Shown: piece by piece, positions 45,757-55,747 of the stretch
Layout of the letters: each line of letters begins with the position of its first letter
Position numbering within the stretch: the stretch's first letter is position 1
NCBI GenBank assembly: GCA_031271345.1
Contig: JAISVX010000003.1
Location: 167,374-231,373 of the forward strand
Source: Lactobacillaceae bacterium
GTDB taxonomy: Bacteria; Pseudomonadota; Alphaproteobacteria; RF32; CAG-239
Direction of reading: 5' to 3'
Length of the DNA: 64,000 bases
Program-made: the position numbers and the translations under genes
Notes under the pieces: generated by a model
Databases searched by the model: none
What the model was told of the DNA's origin: nothing
What the model saw: only the letters and a program-made list of their open reading frames with translations

Positions 45757-46788
45757 TCATTCTATTGGTTTTATATATTTTTTATGAGTTTCCTCAGATG
45801 TTGGCAGGTAAGTATAAATAGACTCATTTGCAAAGCTGTATCTGCAGTTATCTTCTTTATATCTATAGAAAAATGCAGCCATCCGCTTTAATCCTTTAAA
45901 GCTTAATTCGTAAAATGAAACGATGTCTTTTTTATCAAGGTCAATACCTACTTGTTTTATATTATATAATGACACAATCCCCGCGTTCTTTTGCAGCAGG
46001 ACTGGACAGGTTTCTTTGCCGGTTTTTTCCGCAAATTCCTGACAATTATAAATAATATCATACTCCATGCATAACACAATATTTCCATTGTCTATCAAAT
46101 CCTTGGTTGTTTTCTTATCATCGGTATGTCCGCAGTTTTTAAACAAATAAACTATATTAGACTTTGCTTCCGCCAAAATCGCGGAATGGTACGAATCTAT
46201 GGGGTCATCAAAATAAAGATAGCCGGACGGATAAGAATCTACAACTTCTACATTTGGATATAATTCGTTATCTGCGCCTTTATGAAAAAACTTTTTTGGC
46301 AGATAAATCGCATTATATTCGGGAGCGGGAGTATCCATTTCACAGGTTTTAAAAAAATCTTGGGTGCTTGTATAATCAATTAAACATGCAAGAACGGGAA
46401 TTCCCAAAATTGTCAAGAAAGGAATTGCCAAATATTTTTTTGCCTTCCAAAAAGTGATTGCGGCAATCATCAGCAATGGAAGTATAAAAAGAGGACGGAA
46501 CATTGCTTCCGGGTTGCTGTTTGAAACAAGTTTTAGATACGGAATATAAAGAAATACGATAGATAGTGTTCCAAGCAAAATATATTTTGTTTTCCGCTCT
46601 GTTTTATGATGTATTAAAAGTCTTGCGGTCGCCGCCATTGCGAAAGCAATATAGCATATAAGTATAAACACCTTCTCCATGTTCATATACATGTTTAGTG
46701 TCGACAAATAAAGCAGCGATAAACCGAGCATAAACATAAATATGTTTAAGATTTTATCACTACCTTTTTCTTTGTTTGTTTCAGCCAT
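45757..46788 (-). CDS. Hypothetical polytopic membrane protein with a C-terminal soluble domain (343 aa from MAETNKEK)
   Basis: The ORF track extends to 47091. The ATG at 46788 is preferred because AAAGGGGG lies 4 nt upstream. ~6 TM helices. Confidence 0.45.
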   Translation of the reverse strand: MAETNKEKGSDKILNIFMFMLGLSLLYLSTLNMYMNMEKVFILICYIAFAMAATARLLIHHKTERKTKYILLGTLSIVFLYIPYLKLVSNSNPEAMFRPLFILPLLMIAAITFWKAKKYLAIPFLTILGIPVLACLIDYTSTQDFFKTCEMDTPAPEYNAIYLPKKFFHKGADNELYPNVEVVDSYPSGYLYFDDPIDSYHSAILAEAKSNIVYLFKNCGHTDDKKTTKDLIDNGNIVLCMEYDIIYNCQEFAEKTGKETCPVLLQKNAGIVSLYNIKQVGIDLDKKDIVSFYELSFKGLKRMAAFFYRYKEDNCRYSFANESIYTYLPTSEETHKKYIKPIE

Positions 46789-47210
46789 ATTTCCCCCTTT
46801 GAATATCATAAATAATCTATAGCCAATCTTGTATAAAATCAAGGCTGTCTTTACAAACAAAATATAGTGTTGACGCCGGAAAATATCAGGGTAATATATT
46901 TTTATGTAACTAACGGAGGTTTTTATGAAAAAAATACTTATAGTCTGCTTTATAATTTTATTGTCTGGCTGTACTAAAGCCGGTCCTTTTGTAACTAATA
47001 TTTCTTCGGACGGCGCTGGCGGTTTAAATATAGAAAAATGCAACGTACATTTGAACGCTTTTATGGGTACCGTATCAAACGATAACTGCATTTCTTCTTA
47101 TATAAAAGTTAAATAAGATGATTTTTTATTTTATATAGCCGTAAAAGTTGACAAAAAAGTTGAAAAGGTGTATTATTAAACATACGCAATTATCTTTTGG
47201 GATAAAATAA

Positions 47211-48383
47211 ATGGAAGAAACTGAAAACAAAAAAGAAAAAGAAGTAAAGTCGGATAATTCTTTTGAAGAAGCAAAAGAAAAGAAAGCCGCAAGAACAGGC
47301 AAAATCATGGGTTTCTTTGCAGGTTTGACGGCATTTGGCGCCATGGCGGCTAATGCCGGAAATCTTCCAAATATTGAAGAAACCGCGGATAAAGAGCTTA
47401 ATGATCCAAAAAACAAAAAAGAAGTGGTTGTTGAAAATAAAAAAGGCGATGTCGTATATTCAAGATCAGATACGTCGGATAGATATTACGTCAACCCGGA
47501 GGACTATGCTCAGGCGGCGGCAGCATTAAAAGCAGAGGCGTCTTCTCGAGAATATAAATCCCCTGAAGAATTTAAAAAGCTAAGCAAGGAAGAAAAAGCC
47601 GACCATCTTAGAAGCGGAACAAGCGATGGTTTGAACTTTGTGACAACAAAGATGGAAGCTCATGAAGAGGCAAATCAGGAAAAATATACTTTCTTGGAAA
47701 AATGGTATAAAAAGGGAAAAGAAAAGAAGAGTTTGGAAACAGACTACAGTAGAACCGATGTATCCCCAAGCTTAAGCGAGATTTTTGATAAAGGCAAATA
47801 TAACAGGGATCATGAGCAGGTTAGCGTTGACCAAAGAGAGGTCAATCTGCGCGGCAGCGGCATACCAAAAGACAACACCAAGACGGTATTTAGGCAGATT
47901 ACGCCGCATGAATCATCCGACAGACAGCGTCCTCTTAACAAAGTGGACGAGTTCGTTCAGAGAGACGAGTTCCGTTCCGACGGTACGCTCAAGAGGGAAA
48001 TAGGCGGCGATACGCATGCTTCCATTGATAGAAATGGCGGTTATAAAGTTGAAACCTCAAGTTCTGTAAAAGATTTTAAGAGGGATGGAGAGACTGTAAG
48101 AAAAACTACGGAAGAACGAGTTACGGAGACTCCGACAAGCCGTGAGAGTGTAAAAACAGTTTCAAAGGCTAGAAAAGACAAAACCAAGGTCAGAGAGCTT
48201 GTCGAAACGCTTAGAGGAACAAGAAGAACCAAAGGCACTTATGATGCGGAAGGAAAGCCGATTGGAAAAGTGAAAACAAAAACCAAAGACTTTGATGACA
48301 AGCAGGTTGAGCAGAATATTCAAGAGCAGCAGGAAAAAGGTCTGTCTCCTGCAATGAAGCACTTCATGGAGGTTAGCCGTTAG
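47211..48383 (+). CDS. Highly charged low-complexity (K/E/R/D/T-rich) protein with one hydrophobic segment
   Basis: Clean 390-aa ORF with a terminator at 48408-48434 downstream. No family recognised. Confidence 0.4.
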   Translation: MEETENKKEKEVKSDNSFEEAKEKKAARTGKIMGFFAGLTAFGAMAANAGNLPNIEETADKELNDPKNKKEVVVENKKGDVVYSRSDTSDRYYVNPEDYAQAAAALKAEASSREYKSPEEFKKLSKEEKADHLRSGTSDGLNFVTTKMEAHEEANQEKYTFLEKWYKKGKEKKSLETDYSRTDVSPSLSEIFDKGKYNRDHEQVSVDQREVNLRGSGIPKDNTKTVFRQITPHESSDRQRPLNKVDEFVQRDEFRSDGTLKREIGGDTHASIDRNGGYKVETSSSVKDFKRDGETVRKTTEERVTETPTSRESVKTVSKARKDKTKVRELVETLRGTRRTKGTYDAEGKPIGKVKTKTKDFDDKQVEQNIQEQQEKGLSPAMKHFMEVSR

Positions 48384-48532
48384 TCAGGCGTGTCAATAAA
48401 ATATTTTAAGGGAGCTTAACAAGCTCCCTTTTTCGTGTATCAATTATCAACATAAACTTTATTTATCTTTTATTTTTGGTTTTGCTGTGGTAATTTTCTT
48501 ATACTTAAATAATGAGTTAAGGGAGAAAATCA

Positions 48533-48841
48533 TTGAAATTTAAAATAGCGTTAATTGCGGCAATATCTGTGTTAGGAGCTTGCTCAATACTTTCAGATAC
48601 TGGAACAGCGGTACCAACCACAACGACTGGCAAATTAAAGGCCTGTTCATTTGAAGAAGCAGGCAGCATGATAAAAAGCGGCAAAGCTTTTACTCAAAGC
48701 ATAAGCGTCAGCGCTGATGAAATATCCGAGGCTTGTTTAAAGAAACTGGCTCTTCAATCCGCTGGTCTTGAAGGTCAAGCAACATCTGATGCGACAAGCG
48801 CCCTTCAGACTCTGTTGAATGCTGCGTCTGGTAAAAAATAA
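48533..48841 (+). CDS. Small lipoprotein
   Basis: Lipobox VLGACS. 102 aa. Terminator downstream. Confidence 0.4.
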   Translation: MKFKIALIAAISVLGACSILSDTGTAVPTTTTGKLKACSFEEAGSMIKSGKAFTQSISVSADEISEACLKKLALQSAGLEGQATSDATSALQTLLNAASGKK

Positions 48842-48903
48842 GATTGCTAAAAAACATTAAAACCTCCATATTTGGAGGTTTTTTTATATGAAAAGAGACA
48901 CGA

Positions 48904-49584
48904 TTAGTGGAGTTTAATGCGCTTTTTGCATACTTTGTTTTCTATCTCGCGCCCTTTATCGCCGTCTAGCTTTTCGTGTTCGATGTCGGTTTCATCCTGA
49001 AGCTGCTGAGTGAAGTTTTGAACAATGTAGTTGTATTCCTGGGTTTGCTGGTCTACGGCTTCCTGCATTGTATATTTGGAGCTTTTCTTTACCAAAATCG
49101 GTTTTATATCTTTATACGCCTTTTTTAGATTTGGCGGCACAACTCGTAAAAAATGCTCAAAAGTTCTAACATTAATCTGCATGTGTGTTTCTTCATGCCT
49201 TAAAACTAAATTAAAGTTGCACGAGCCTGATTCTAAGTCATTTGAGACATATATGGTGGGGGTCGTCATGCCGATATATATTTCTATTTCTTTAGGCACA
49301 AGACATTCGCCGCCGTTTCTTTCTCTTAACGAGTATGTGGATTTTGAGGAGCTTTTATATTTTACCGAGGCAAGTCCCCAAATTTTTTTTCCAGACATTT
49401 TTTGCAGTTCTTTGTTTGATTTTGTGTAATCATATTTGAGTTTGCCATAAGACGATTTAAAGATAATTTTGGGGTTTACTGAAATATTGCATCTTTCAAA
49501 AGTTGTGTTTGCAAAACTCTCAGAAGAGTTTACAATTAAAAGAATAGCGGCTATTATAAATAAAAATTTTCTCATGAAAATCAA
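48904..49584 (-). CDS. Secreted HExxH-motif protein (DUF922-like predicted Zn-metallopeptidase)
   Basis: Signal peptide MIFMRKFLFIIAAILLIVNSSESFA. LRHEETHMQIN contains HEETH (HExxH). Confidence 0.45.
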   Translation of the reverse strand: MIFMRKFLFIIAAILLIVNSSESFANTTFERCNISVNPKIIFKSSYGKLKYDYTKSNKELQKMSGKKIWGLASVKYKSSSKSTYSLRERNGGECLVPKEIEIYIGMTTPTIYVSNDLESGSCNFNLVLRHEETHMQINVRTFEHFLRVVPPNLKKAYKDIKPILVKKSSKYTMQEAVDQQTQEYNYIVQNFTQQLQDETDIEHEKLDGDKGREIENKVCKKRIKLH

Positions 49585-49611
49585 TATAACATAAATTTTC
49601 TTAATATAGAA

Positions 49612-50055
49612 TTGAAAATGATAAAATATTTGTTCAAGTATGCGCTAATATCTTTTTTTGTCTTTGCTGGCTCGACGGCTTTAGCTCAGGGAGCTTATGT
49701 GAGAAAACAACAACAGCCGAGTTTTTTTGTTCCCGAGGGAGAGATTACTCAAAAGGAGGAGCTTCCTCCGGCGCAATTTAGAGCCGCGCTTCCGCCCGCA
49801 CCCGAGGTTTCGACAAACAAATATGACAAAGGCGTCAGGATGGATAAAAAAAACGTATACAGCGACGAACCGCTTGATGTTGAAGAATATAAGTACTATT
49901 CTTCCAATGAAAAGGTTTCCCCATATAAAAAAGCATTTGACGAATATGTCAGAGATTTGCAGTATATGAAGAATTATAATGAAATACCGATTAATCAGCA
50001 AAAAGAAAAAGATTTGGGAAAAATGAACTCTGAAGGAATTTTTAGAGTTTGGTGA
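49612..50055 (+). CDS. Secreted hypothetical protein, 147 aa
   Basis: Signal peptide ending ALAQGA. Pro-rich N-terminal region. Confidence 0.35.
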   Translation: MKMIKYLFKYALISFFVFAGSTALAQGAYVRKQQQPSFFVPEGEITQKEELPPAQFRAALPPAPEVSTNKYDKGVRMDKKNVYSDEPLDVEEYKYYSSNEKVSPYKKAFDEYVRDLQYMKNYNEIPINQQKEKDLGKMNSEGIFRVW

Positions 50056-50120
50056 TAAAAATGTGGTTGATTATGATATTTATATCGTATATAAACTCCT
50101 GACAAACAAGGAGTTTAAAG

Positions 50121-50510
50121 ATGAAAAAAAGACTTATTGATGAAGCAAACAAAATTGTTGGTAAGTTTCAATTAGATGGATTTCGAGGAAACTCTGCGGG
50201 TACAGTAGCTTCCGCATTGATAACAAAAGACGGAAATATTTATACGGGTATATGCATAAGCATGGCATGCGGGATCGGTTTTTGCGCAGAAGCTTCGGCT
50301 GTCGCTGAAATGCTTAAAAACAGAGAAACAAAAATAGAAATGATTGTAGCCGTCAGCAACGAAGGCAAAATAATACCTCCATGCGGAAGATGCCGCGAGT
50401 TATTGGCGCAGGTCGACAAAGACAATCTTTCTACCAAAATCGTTGTTGATGACGGCGAGATAAAAACGTTGAAAGAAATTTTCCCTGACATCTGGATAGA
50501 TAAATTTTAA
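50121..50510 (+). CDS. cdd: Cytidine deaminase, small tetrameric (CDA / blasticidin-S-deaminase-like) family
   Basis: Zn ligands CAEASA and PCGRCRE. 129 aa. Confidence 0.75.
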   Translation: MKKRLIDEANKIVGKFQLDGFRGNSAGTVASALITKDGNIYTGICISMACGIGFCAEASAVAEMLKNRETKIEMIVAVSNEGKIIPPCGRCRELLAQVDKDNLSTKIVVDDGEIKTLKEIFPDIWIDKF

Positions 50511-50621
50511 AAAGAAAATTTTAATAATATGGGGTTGACAAAATAGTGAAAAAAACACATAATCAAGTGTTTTTTACGCATTAATTCACTCTTATTTTAA
50601 AAACTTTTAAATCTCAACTTT

Positions 50622-51269
50622 ATGAATTTGAAAAATGATGGGACCATTGCCTTAATCGTTGGCAAAGGTAATTCAGGAAAAGGAACCCAGAACCAAAAAC
50701 TGCGTGACAGGTATGACTACGGGTATTTCTCCAGCGGAGATATACTGCGTGAGGTAGCCAAAGGTGATACGGGAATCGGCCGTATAGTAAAAGGCTACAT
50801 GGAAAAGGGCATGAATGTCCCCGATGAGCATGTCAACCCCGCAGCCTTGCAGTTTCTTCAAGGGGGAGCAAGGCACAAGCTTCTGGACGGCTATTCGCGT
50901 AACATCGAACAAGCAAAGTTCCTTCTTGAGAACTTCGGGAAGGACAGGATTGTTATCGTGAATCTGCTGTGTTCCGACCAGCTGTGCATCGACCGCGCTT
51001 CGAACCGCCGACAGTGTAAGTTCTGCAAGGAAACACAAGTCGAGAACACCAGCGGAACCTGCGTTTTCTGCCGCACCGAAGAAGCTCTCGTCATCCGACC
51101 CGACGACGCGATAATCAGAGATCGTCTGATTACGTATCGGAGGGAGACGGTTCCGATGATTGAGTATTTCAGGGAACAGGGCGTGACGATTTTCGACATC
51201 GACGTCGAAGCGGGAACCGAAGCTACGGCTCCCATAATCGCGGAGTTCCTCAAGCCGTATTTCGGCTAG
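50622..51269 (+). CDS. Adenylate kinase-like NMP kinase with a Cys4 LID domain; compositionally atypical (GC-rich)
   Basis: P-loop GKGNSGKGTQ. NMP-bind FSSGDILREVAKGDTGIG. LID CIDRASNRRQCKFC...CVFC...RPDD. GC is clearly higher than the flanks. Confidence 0.65.
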   Translation: MNLKNDGTIALIVGKGNSGKGTQNQKLRDRYDYGYFSSGDILREVAKGDTGIGRIVKGYMEKGMNVPDEHVNPAALQFLQGGARHKLLDGYSRNIEQAKFLLENFGKDRIVIVNLLCSDQLCIDRASNRRQCKFCKETQVENTSGTCVFCRTEEALVIRPDDAIIRDRLITYRRETVPMIEYFREQGVTIFDIDVEAGTEATAPIIAEFLKPYFG

Positions 51270-51297
51270 TCCAAATGAGCGCTTAAGACACTTGAGA

Positions 51298-51345
51298 AAT
51301 AAAGCCTTATCCCAACGCAAGTTGGCATAAGGCTTTATTTTTTTA
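51298..51345. terminator. Compound bidirectional terminator
   Basis: 13-bp stem AATAAAGCCTTAT / ATAAGGCTTTATT enclosing a mini-hairpin CCAAC-GCAA-GTTGG, followed by a T-run. Confidence 0.65.
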
Positions 51346-52239
51346 AATTAACCGGCTTATTTCTTCAGCGTAGTCGGTTATTATATCAATTTCTAAGTTT
51401 GGATATTTTTTTGAAAAAGCGGCTAATGTTAATACGTCTTGTTTTGCCAGCTCATTTTCCTCAGGGTTTCTTTCCATATATTTCCATGTTCTTACAGCAA
51501 TTTTGTTATCATTGCAAAATCGCATGTTTATATCGTTTAATGAGTCTATTGCAGCATGAAAAGCATTTATATCCGTCTTGTTTACAACCTTTTTTATATT
51601 CTCAAGGGTAAATGTCAGATATTTATCGTCAGTGTCTGGATAAACAGGCTGTCCTCCCGCCTCATGAAAGGTGAATAACTGGGCGGTGTCGGCGTCTTTT
51701 TTTAAAGTTTTCAGCTTTATTAAATTAGACGTCGCAAAGGATGACCATATTATTCTTGAAAACAAGCGGGAAGGGGTCAGTTTAACGATTTGCTCAATTA
51801 TTGATGGATTTTGCAGTTCGGGCAGCGAATTTTTCGGTTCAATCGTTCCTTTGATTTCGATATTTACGCTTAGGTTGGGATATTCTTCAAGCAGACCCAT
51901 AAGCTTTTCATAAGTAAGAAATTCGCTTGTTTTTCCGCCCATGCCTGTTTTCATTTTCATTATTTGTTCAAACGTCATATTGCTGGCATAGTCGCCTTTT
52001 TTCGCCTGAAAAGAATGGAGGCTTAGGTCGTTTGTATGGGTGGCGATGAGTTTTCTGTCTTTTGTCATTACAACGTCTGTTTCAACGCAAAAGCCGCTGG
52101 TAAAAGCGGCTTTTATAGACTCTTCAGAATTTTCCGGCGGCAGATTTTTAAGGTTTAATCCCTTTGCGTCGTTTGATGTAAGATATTCTCGGTTTATATC
52201 TGTGCATCCAAATTTTCCGCGATGACAGAATATTTTCAT
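51343..52239 (-). CDS. Glycerophosphodiester phosphodiesterase (GDPD family)
   Basis: N-terminal IFCHRG catalytic His motif. TIM-barrel GDPD layout. Confidence 0.75.
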   Translation of the reverse strand: MKIFCHRGKFGCTDINREYLTSNDAKGLNLKNLPPENSEESIKAAFTSGFCVETDVVMTKDRKLIATHTNDLSLHSFQAKKGDYASNMTFEQIMKMKTGMGGKTSEFLTYEKLMGLLEEYPNLSVNIEIKGTIEPKNSLPELQNPSIIEQIVKLTPSRLFSRIIWSSFATSNLIKLKTLKKDADTAQLFTFHEAGGQPVYPDTDDKYLTFTLENIKKVVNKTDINAFHAAIDSLNDINMRFCNDNKIAVRTWKYMERNPEENELAKQDVLTLAAFSKKYPNLEIDIITDYAEEISRLI

Positions 52240-52877
52240 TATTCTGTCACTCCATCACAATAACGCTGCAGGGTTTCAAAAATTTTTGTATAATATTTCT
52301 CGCCGTGGGGAGCCATATCGCCTGTTGTTATATCTTTTTCTTCTTTTTTGTAAGAATTGTCGTCATTGCGATATAAACCGTTTATTTTAGCATGCTTTTT
52401 TCTGCCGGAAACCAGCTCAAGCAAATCTTGAATAACCGCTTCGTAGACGCCGTCAACTTCTTCCGGCTGCATCTTTAAGTTTTCGAGTTTGGCGTCTGTT
52501 TTTAAAACATAAGTGGGATTAAACTCTTTATTTATCATATTCTCTACCATAATGTTTTGAATATTTGTAAACAGTTTTACCAGTTTCTCCGGCTCAACTT
52601 TTAAGCCGATTTCTTCCTCAATTTCTCTAATGCCTTGTTTTGCGGTTTCTCCAGCCGCTAAATGCCCGGCGGATGAAATGTCCAGCATATTAGGGTAGAG
52701 ATCCTTATCTTTGCCTCTTAACTGAAGCCACACAATGTGTTTGCCATCTTTTGAAGGTTTAACAATCCAGCAGTGAAATGCCTTGTGCCATAATCCTTCA
52801 TGATGAGCCTGAGATTTCATTGCCGTGCCAAGAAAGTTCATCTCGCTATCAAAAATATCAATTAATTCATCAGCCAT
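52239..52877 (-). CDS. NUDIX hydrolase
   Basis: Nudix box GHLAAGETAKQGIREIEEEIGL. Stop overlaps the GDPD start. Confidence 0.8.
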   Translation of the reverse strand: MADELIDIFDSEMNFLGTAMKSQAHHEGLWHKAFHCWIVKPSKDGKHIVWLQLRGKDKDLYPNMLDISSAGHLAAGETAKQGIREIEEEIGLKVEPEKLVKLFTNIQNIMVENMINKEFNPTYVLKTDAKLENLKMQPEEVDGVYEAVIQDLLELVSGRKKHAKINGLYRNDDNSYKKEEKDITTGDMAPHGEKYYTKIFETLQRYCDGVTE

Positions 52878-52894
52878 GAGATTTTCCTAAATTA

Positions 52895-53095
52895 TTATCT
52901 TTTTTCGTAATCATAATCTTCGTTAACAATCGTTTTAATCGCTCTTTTTGCCGCCGTAGAGTTATCATCAGTCTGCATATTGGCAACGCTGTTGTTTCCG
53001 CTTAATTTATCGGCTTCAATTTTCTGCATTAGGAAGTAGCCTCCGACGCCGATTAAAGCAAGTAATAAAATATATTTGAACATGTTCTTCTCCAT
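52895..53095 (-). CDS. Small single-TM protein, 66 aa
   Basis: Hydrophobic helix YILLLALIGVGGYFLM. Weakly supported. Confidence 0.3.
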   Translation of the reverse strand: MEKNMFKYILLLALIGVGGYFLMQKIEADKLSGNNSVANMQTDDNSTAAKRAIKTIVNEDYDYEKR

Positions 53096-53199
53096 AAAAA
53101 TATTGTTCTGTTTGAATAGTATATTACCTTCAAGCTTATTGTAAACAGAAATACTTTTGCCAGTGTAAAAAGGACTGTCGTTGCGGCAGGCTTTTTTTA

Positions 53200-53547
53200 T
53201 TATTTGCTATGGAGTTCGGAAATTTGCTCTATCACTTTGTTTTTATATTCATTTCCCCATTCAAGGGCAGAATCGATTATGGGTTTAAGGCTTTCTCCGA
53301 GCGTAGTCAATGAATATTCTACGCGGGGAGGAATCTGCGCATAAGCTTCGCGGATTAGAAGCCCGTATTCTTCCAAAGCCTTGAGATTCTCTGTAAGAAC
53401 CTTCTGGGTAATGTCTCCAATATCTTTTTTGAGTTCTCCAAAACGCTTGGTTCCATGCATAAGTCTGTTTATTATAATCAGCTTCCAACGAGTGCCAATT
53501 AAGTCTAAGATTATGTTATCTTTAAAAAATAAATTTTCATCCACCAT
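53200..53547 (-). CDS. HxlR-family winged-helix transcriptional regulator
   Basis: NRLMHGTKRFGEL...TQKVLTENLKALEEYGLI matches the HxlR HTH signature. Confidence 0.75.
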   Translation of the reverse strand: MVDENLFFKDNIILDLIGTRWKLIIINRLMHGTKRFGELKKDIGDITQKVLTENLKALEEYGLLIREAYAQIPPRVEYSLTTLGESLKPIIDSALEWGNEYKNKVIEQISELHSK

Positions 53548-53686
53548 TTTTAAATCTCGCTATTAGTTGAAAAACCAGCGTTAGTACCTTTTGGATACTA
53601 TAACACTTAAAAGTACCTACTTTACACAGATTATAATAACCAATTATATATATCAATAAAATTTGTAAATTATCCAAAATTAAGGA

Positions 53687-54931
53687 GTGAAGATGGGAAA
53701 AAAACTAAATTTTTTATTGATGTGCGGACTTGGTTTGGCTGCTGCAAGCACAGCTAAAGCAAGCGGTTATCAATTAAACGAATATTCTGTAACAAACTTG
53801 GGTCGTGCGTTTGCCGGTGTCGGCGTGGTTGGTGACGACTACTCTGCCATAGCGTTCAACCCTGCTGGAATGACCTTAAAAGGCTCAGGCGGTCAGCTTG
53901 GCGTCAGCGTTGTCGAGATGAACTCTGATACCAGAGGAAAACTTAACCTCAATGGCGGCGGTGTAATTGGCGACAGTCCAAAAGGAAGATTAAGATTATA
54001 TAAAGTTCTTCCTCACGGTTTTGGTCAATACAAAATCAATGACAAGGCTTATGTCGGTTTAGGTGTATATTCTCCTTTTGGTCTCGCATCAAAATATAAC
54101 GCTTATTGGTTTGGCGCAAACCATGGTATAAGAACTGAGCTTGAAGTTGTTGACGTGGCTGCAAGTTTTGCGTATAAATTTACTAACCAATGGTCAGCCG
54201 GCGGCGCTGTTATTTACAGATATGTTCACGGCAACCTAATCAATACTCCGTCTCCTCTTTTTCCTAAATCAAGAAATCAGATGGATTTGGACGGCTGGGG
54301 CTGGGCATATAACTTTGGCGTTATGTATGAGCCTGTTCAGGATACTCGTTTTGGCGTGGCATACAGGCTGAACTCAGGTCATACCGTTAAAGGAAAGCAT
54401 AAAATTAAAAAACTTAATCCTGCGGTAAATGGCGCATATCCTGCTGAAACAACTATGACTCTTCCTAACCAGCTGACATTATCCGCATACCATAAGCTGA
54501 ACTCTAAGTTTGGATTGTCTGGTACTGCGCGCTGGACTAAATGGGATGTGTTTGATGATTTCGTTCTGCACTCACAGTATAATGGCGGTACAACAGAGAT
54601 TATACCTGAAAACTGGAAAAATGTCTGGACATTCTCTGCCGGCGTGGATTACTACTACAGCCCGGAATGGACATTTAGATTCGGAGTTTCGACAGATCCT
54701 ACACCGATTAAAAGCCCTGAATTCCGCACAGCCAGAATTCCTGACGCGGACAGAACTTGGACAACGCTTGGCGTTTCATACAAATATAACAATATGACAT
54801 TTGATGTCGGTTATGCTCACTTGTTTATGAAAACTGCAGAAATCAGAAACCGTAATGCTGTTACAACGTTGAATGCGAAAGCTGTCGGTTTGAGCAATAT
54901 GTATGCAATCCAGTTCCAATATGATTTTTAA
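53687..54931 (+). CDS. fadL: FadL/OmpP1-family outer-membrane transporter for long-chain fatty acids and other hydrophobic compounds
   Basis: Signal peptide. N-terminal hatch motif (NLGRAFAGVG). C-terminal ...FQYDF ends in Phe. Confidence 0.8.
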   Translation: MKMGKKLNFLLMCGLGLAAASTAKASGYQLNEYSVTNLGRAFAGVGVVGDDYSAIAFNPAGMTLKGSGGQLGVSVVEMNSDTRGKLNLNGGGVIGDSPKGRLRLYKVLPHGFGQYKINDKAYVGLGVYSPFGLASKYNAYWFGANHGIRTELEVVDVAASFAYKFTNQWSAGGAVIYRYVHGNLINTPSPLFPKSRNQMDLDGWGWAYNFGVMYEPVQDTRFGVAYRLNSGHTVKGKHKIKKLNPAVNGAYPAETTMTLPNQLTLSAYHKLNSKFGLSGTARWTKWDVFDDFVLHSQYNGGTTEIIPENWKNVWTFSAGVDYYYSPEWTFRFGVSTDPTPIKSPEFRTARIPDADRTWTTLGVSYKYNNMTFDVGYAHLFMKTAEIRNRNAVTTLNAKAVGLSNMYAIQFQYDF

Positions 54932-54973
54932 TATCTGTTAAACCAAAATAAACCAATGAATTAAAAATCAATA

Positions 54974-54998
54974 GAAAGCCTCCATTAAGGAGGCTTTC
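54974..54998. terminator. Bidirectional rho-independent terminator
   Basis: GAAAGCCTCC-ATTAA-GGAGGCTTTC; near-identical stem to the terminator at 12214. Confidence 0.7.
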
Positions 54999-55013
54999 TA
55001 TTTTGGTTCTTAC

Positions 55014-55268
55014 CTAACGATTTAACTCTCTTATTCCTTCATAAGTGTCGTCGTAAATTTCTCTTCCAGCCTCTTTTGCTGAATTTTCAATATCTTGCTC
55101 AAGCTGACGCAGTTGGTTTTCAGCCTCGTTTTCAATTGAATTTTCGGTTTGCTCGATTTGGTTTTCCACATTTTGCTTAAGTTCCTGGATATTCTGTTTG
55201 CCAGAGCTGCCGCCAAACCAATAATAAAGCCCCATTGCTATTGCCGCGATTATTATTATCCTAATCAT
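55014..55268 (-). CDS. Small membrane protein with a coiled-coil tail
   Basis: Start moved to MIRIIII..., which has GGGGG upstream; the track ORF extends to 55349. TM helix IIIIAAIAMGLYYWF, then a Q/E-rich helical tail. Confidence 0.4.
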   Translation of the reverse strand: MIRIIIIAAIAMGLYYWFGGSSGKQNIQELKQNVENQIEQTENSIENEAENQLRQLEQDIENSAKEAGREIYDDTYEGIRELNR

Positions 55269-55411
55269 CTTTGCCCCCATGAAAATTGATATTGAGCATA
55301 ATATAATACTTTCGTTAAAAAATTCAAGCGGGCGCTTGCGTATCGTCAATTAAATCCAAAAACAACATTTAAAACAAAAAAATGACCGCAAGGGTCACAT
55401 TTTTGTTTTGA

Positions 55412-55487
<76 letters not shown>

Positions 55488-55747
55488 ATTCGCTTACGAG
55501 AAAAGTATATAAAGCATATTTTTTTCGTTGTCTAGTACATTTTTCTATTTTTTTATATAAAATGCCGTAATTTGCAAAATTTACCCGATTTTTAAAAATA
55601 AAAAAAGTTCAAAAATTGAGTAAAATCAGCAAAAAATAGCTCATTTTCTATTAATTATCACCAATTTTTTAATATTTTTGTTGTTTTTATGTGAAATTGA
55701 GAGTATTACTTTTATGAAGTTTTTTTAACATTATGAAAGAGTGTAAA

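Noticed and set aside
46789-47091. N-terminal 101-aa extension of the 45757-47091 ORF
   Set aside because: The extension has no RBS and an odd composition, whereas the internal ATG at 46788 is preceded by AAAGGGGG. The extension also covers the divergent promoter region shared with 47211-48383.
50673-51320. 215-aa and 120-aa minus-strand ORFs antisense to the adenylate-kinase-like gene
   Set aside because: Artefact of locally high GC, where stop codons are rare. The + strand ORF has complete Adk motifs and the antisense frames have none.
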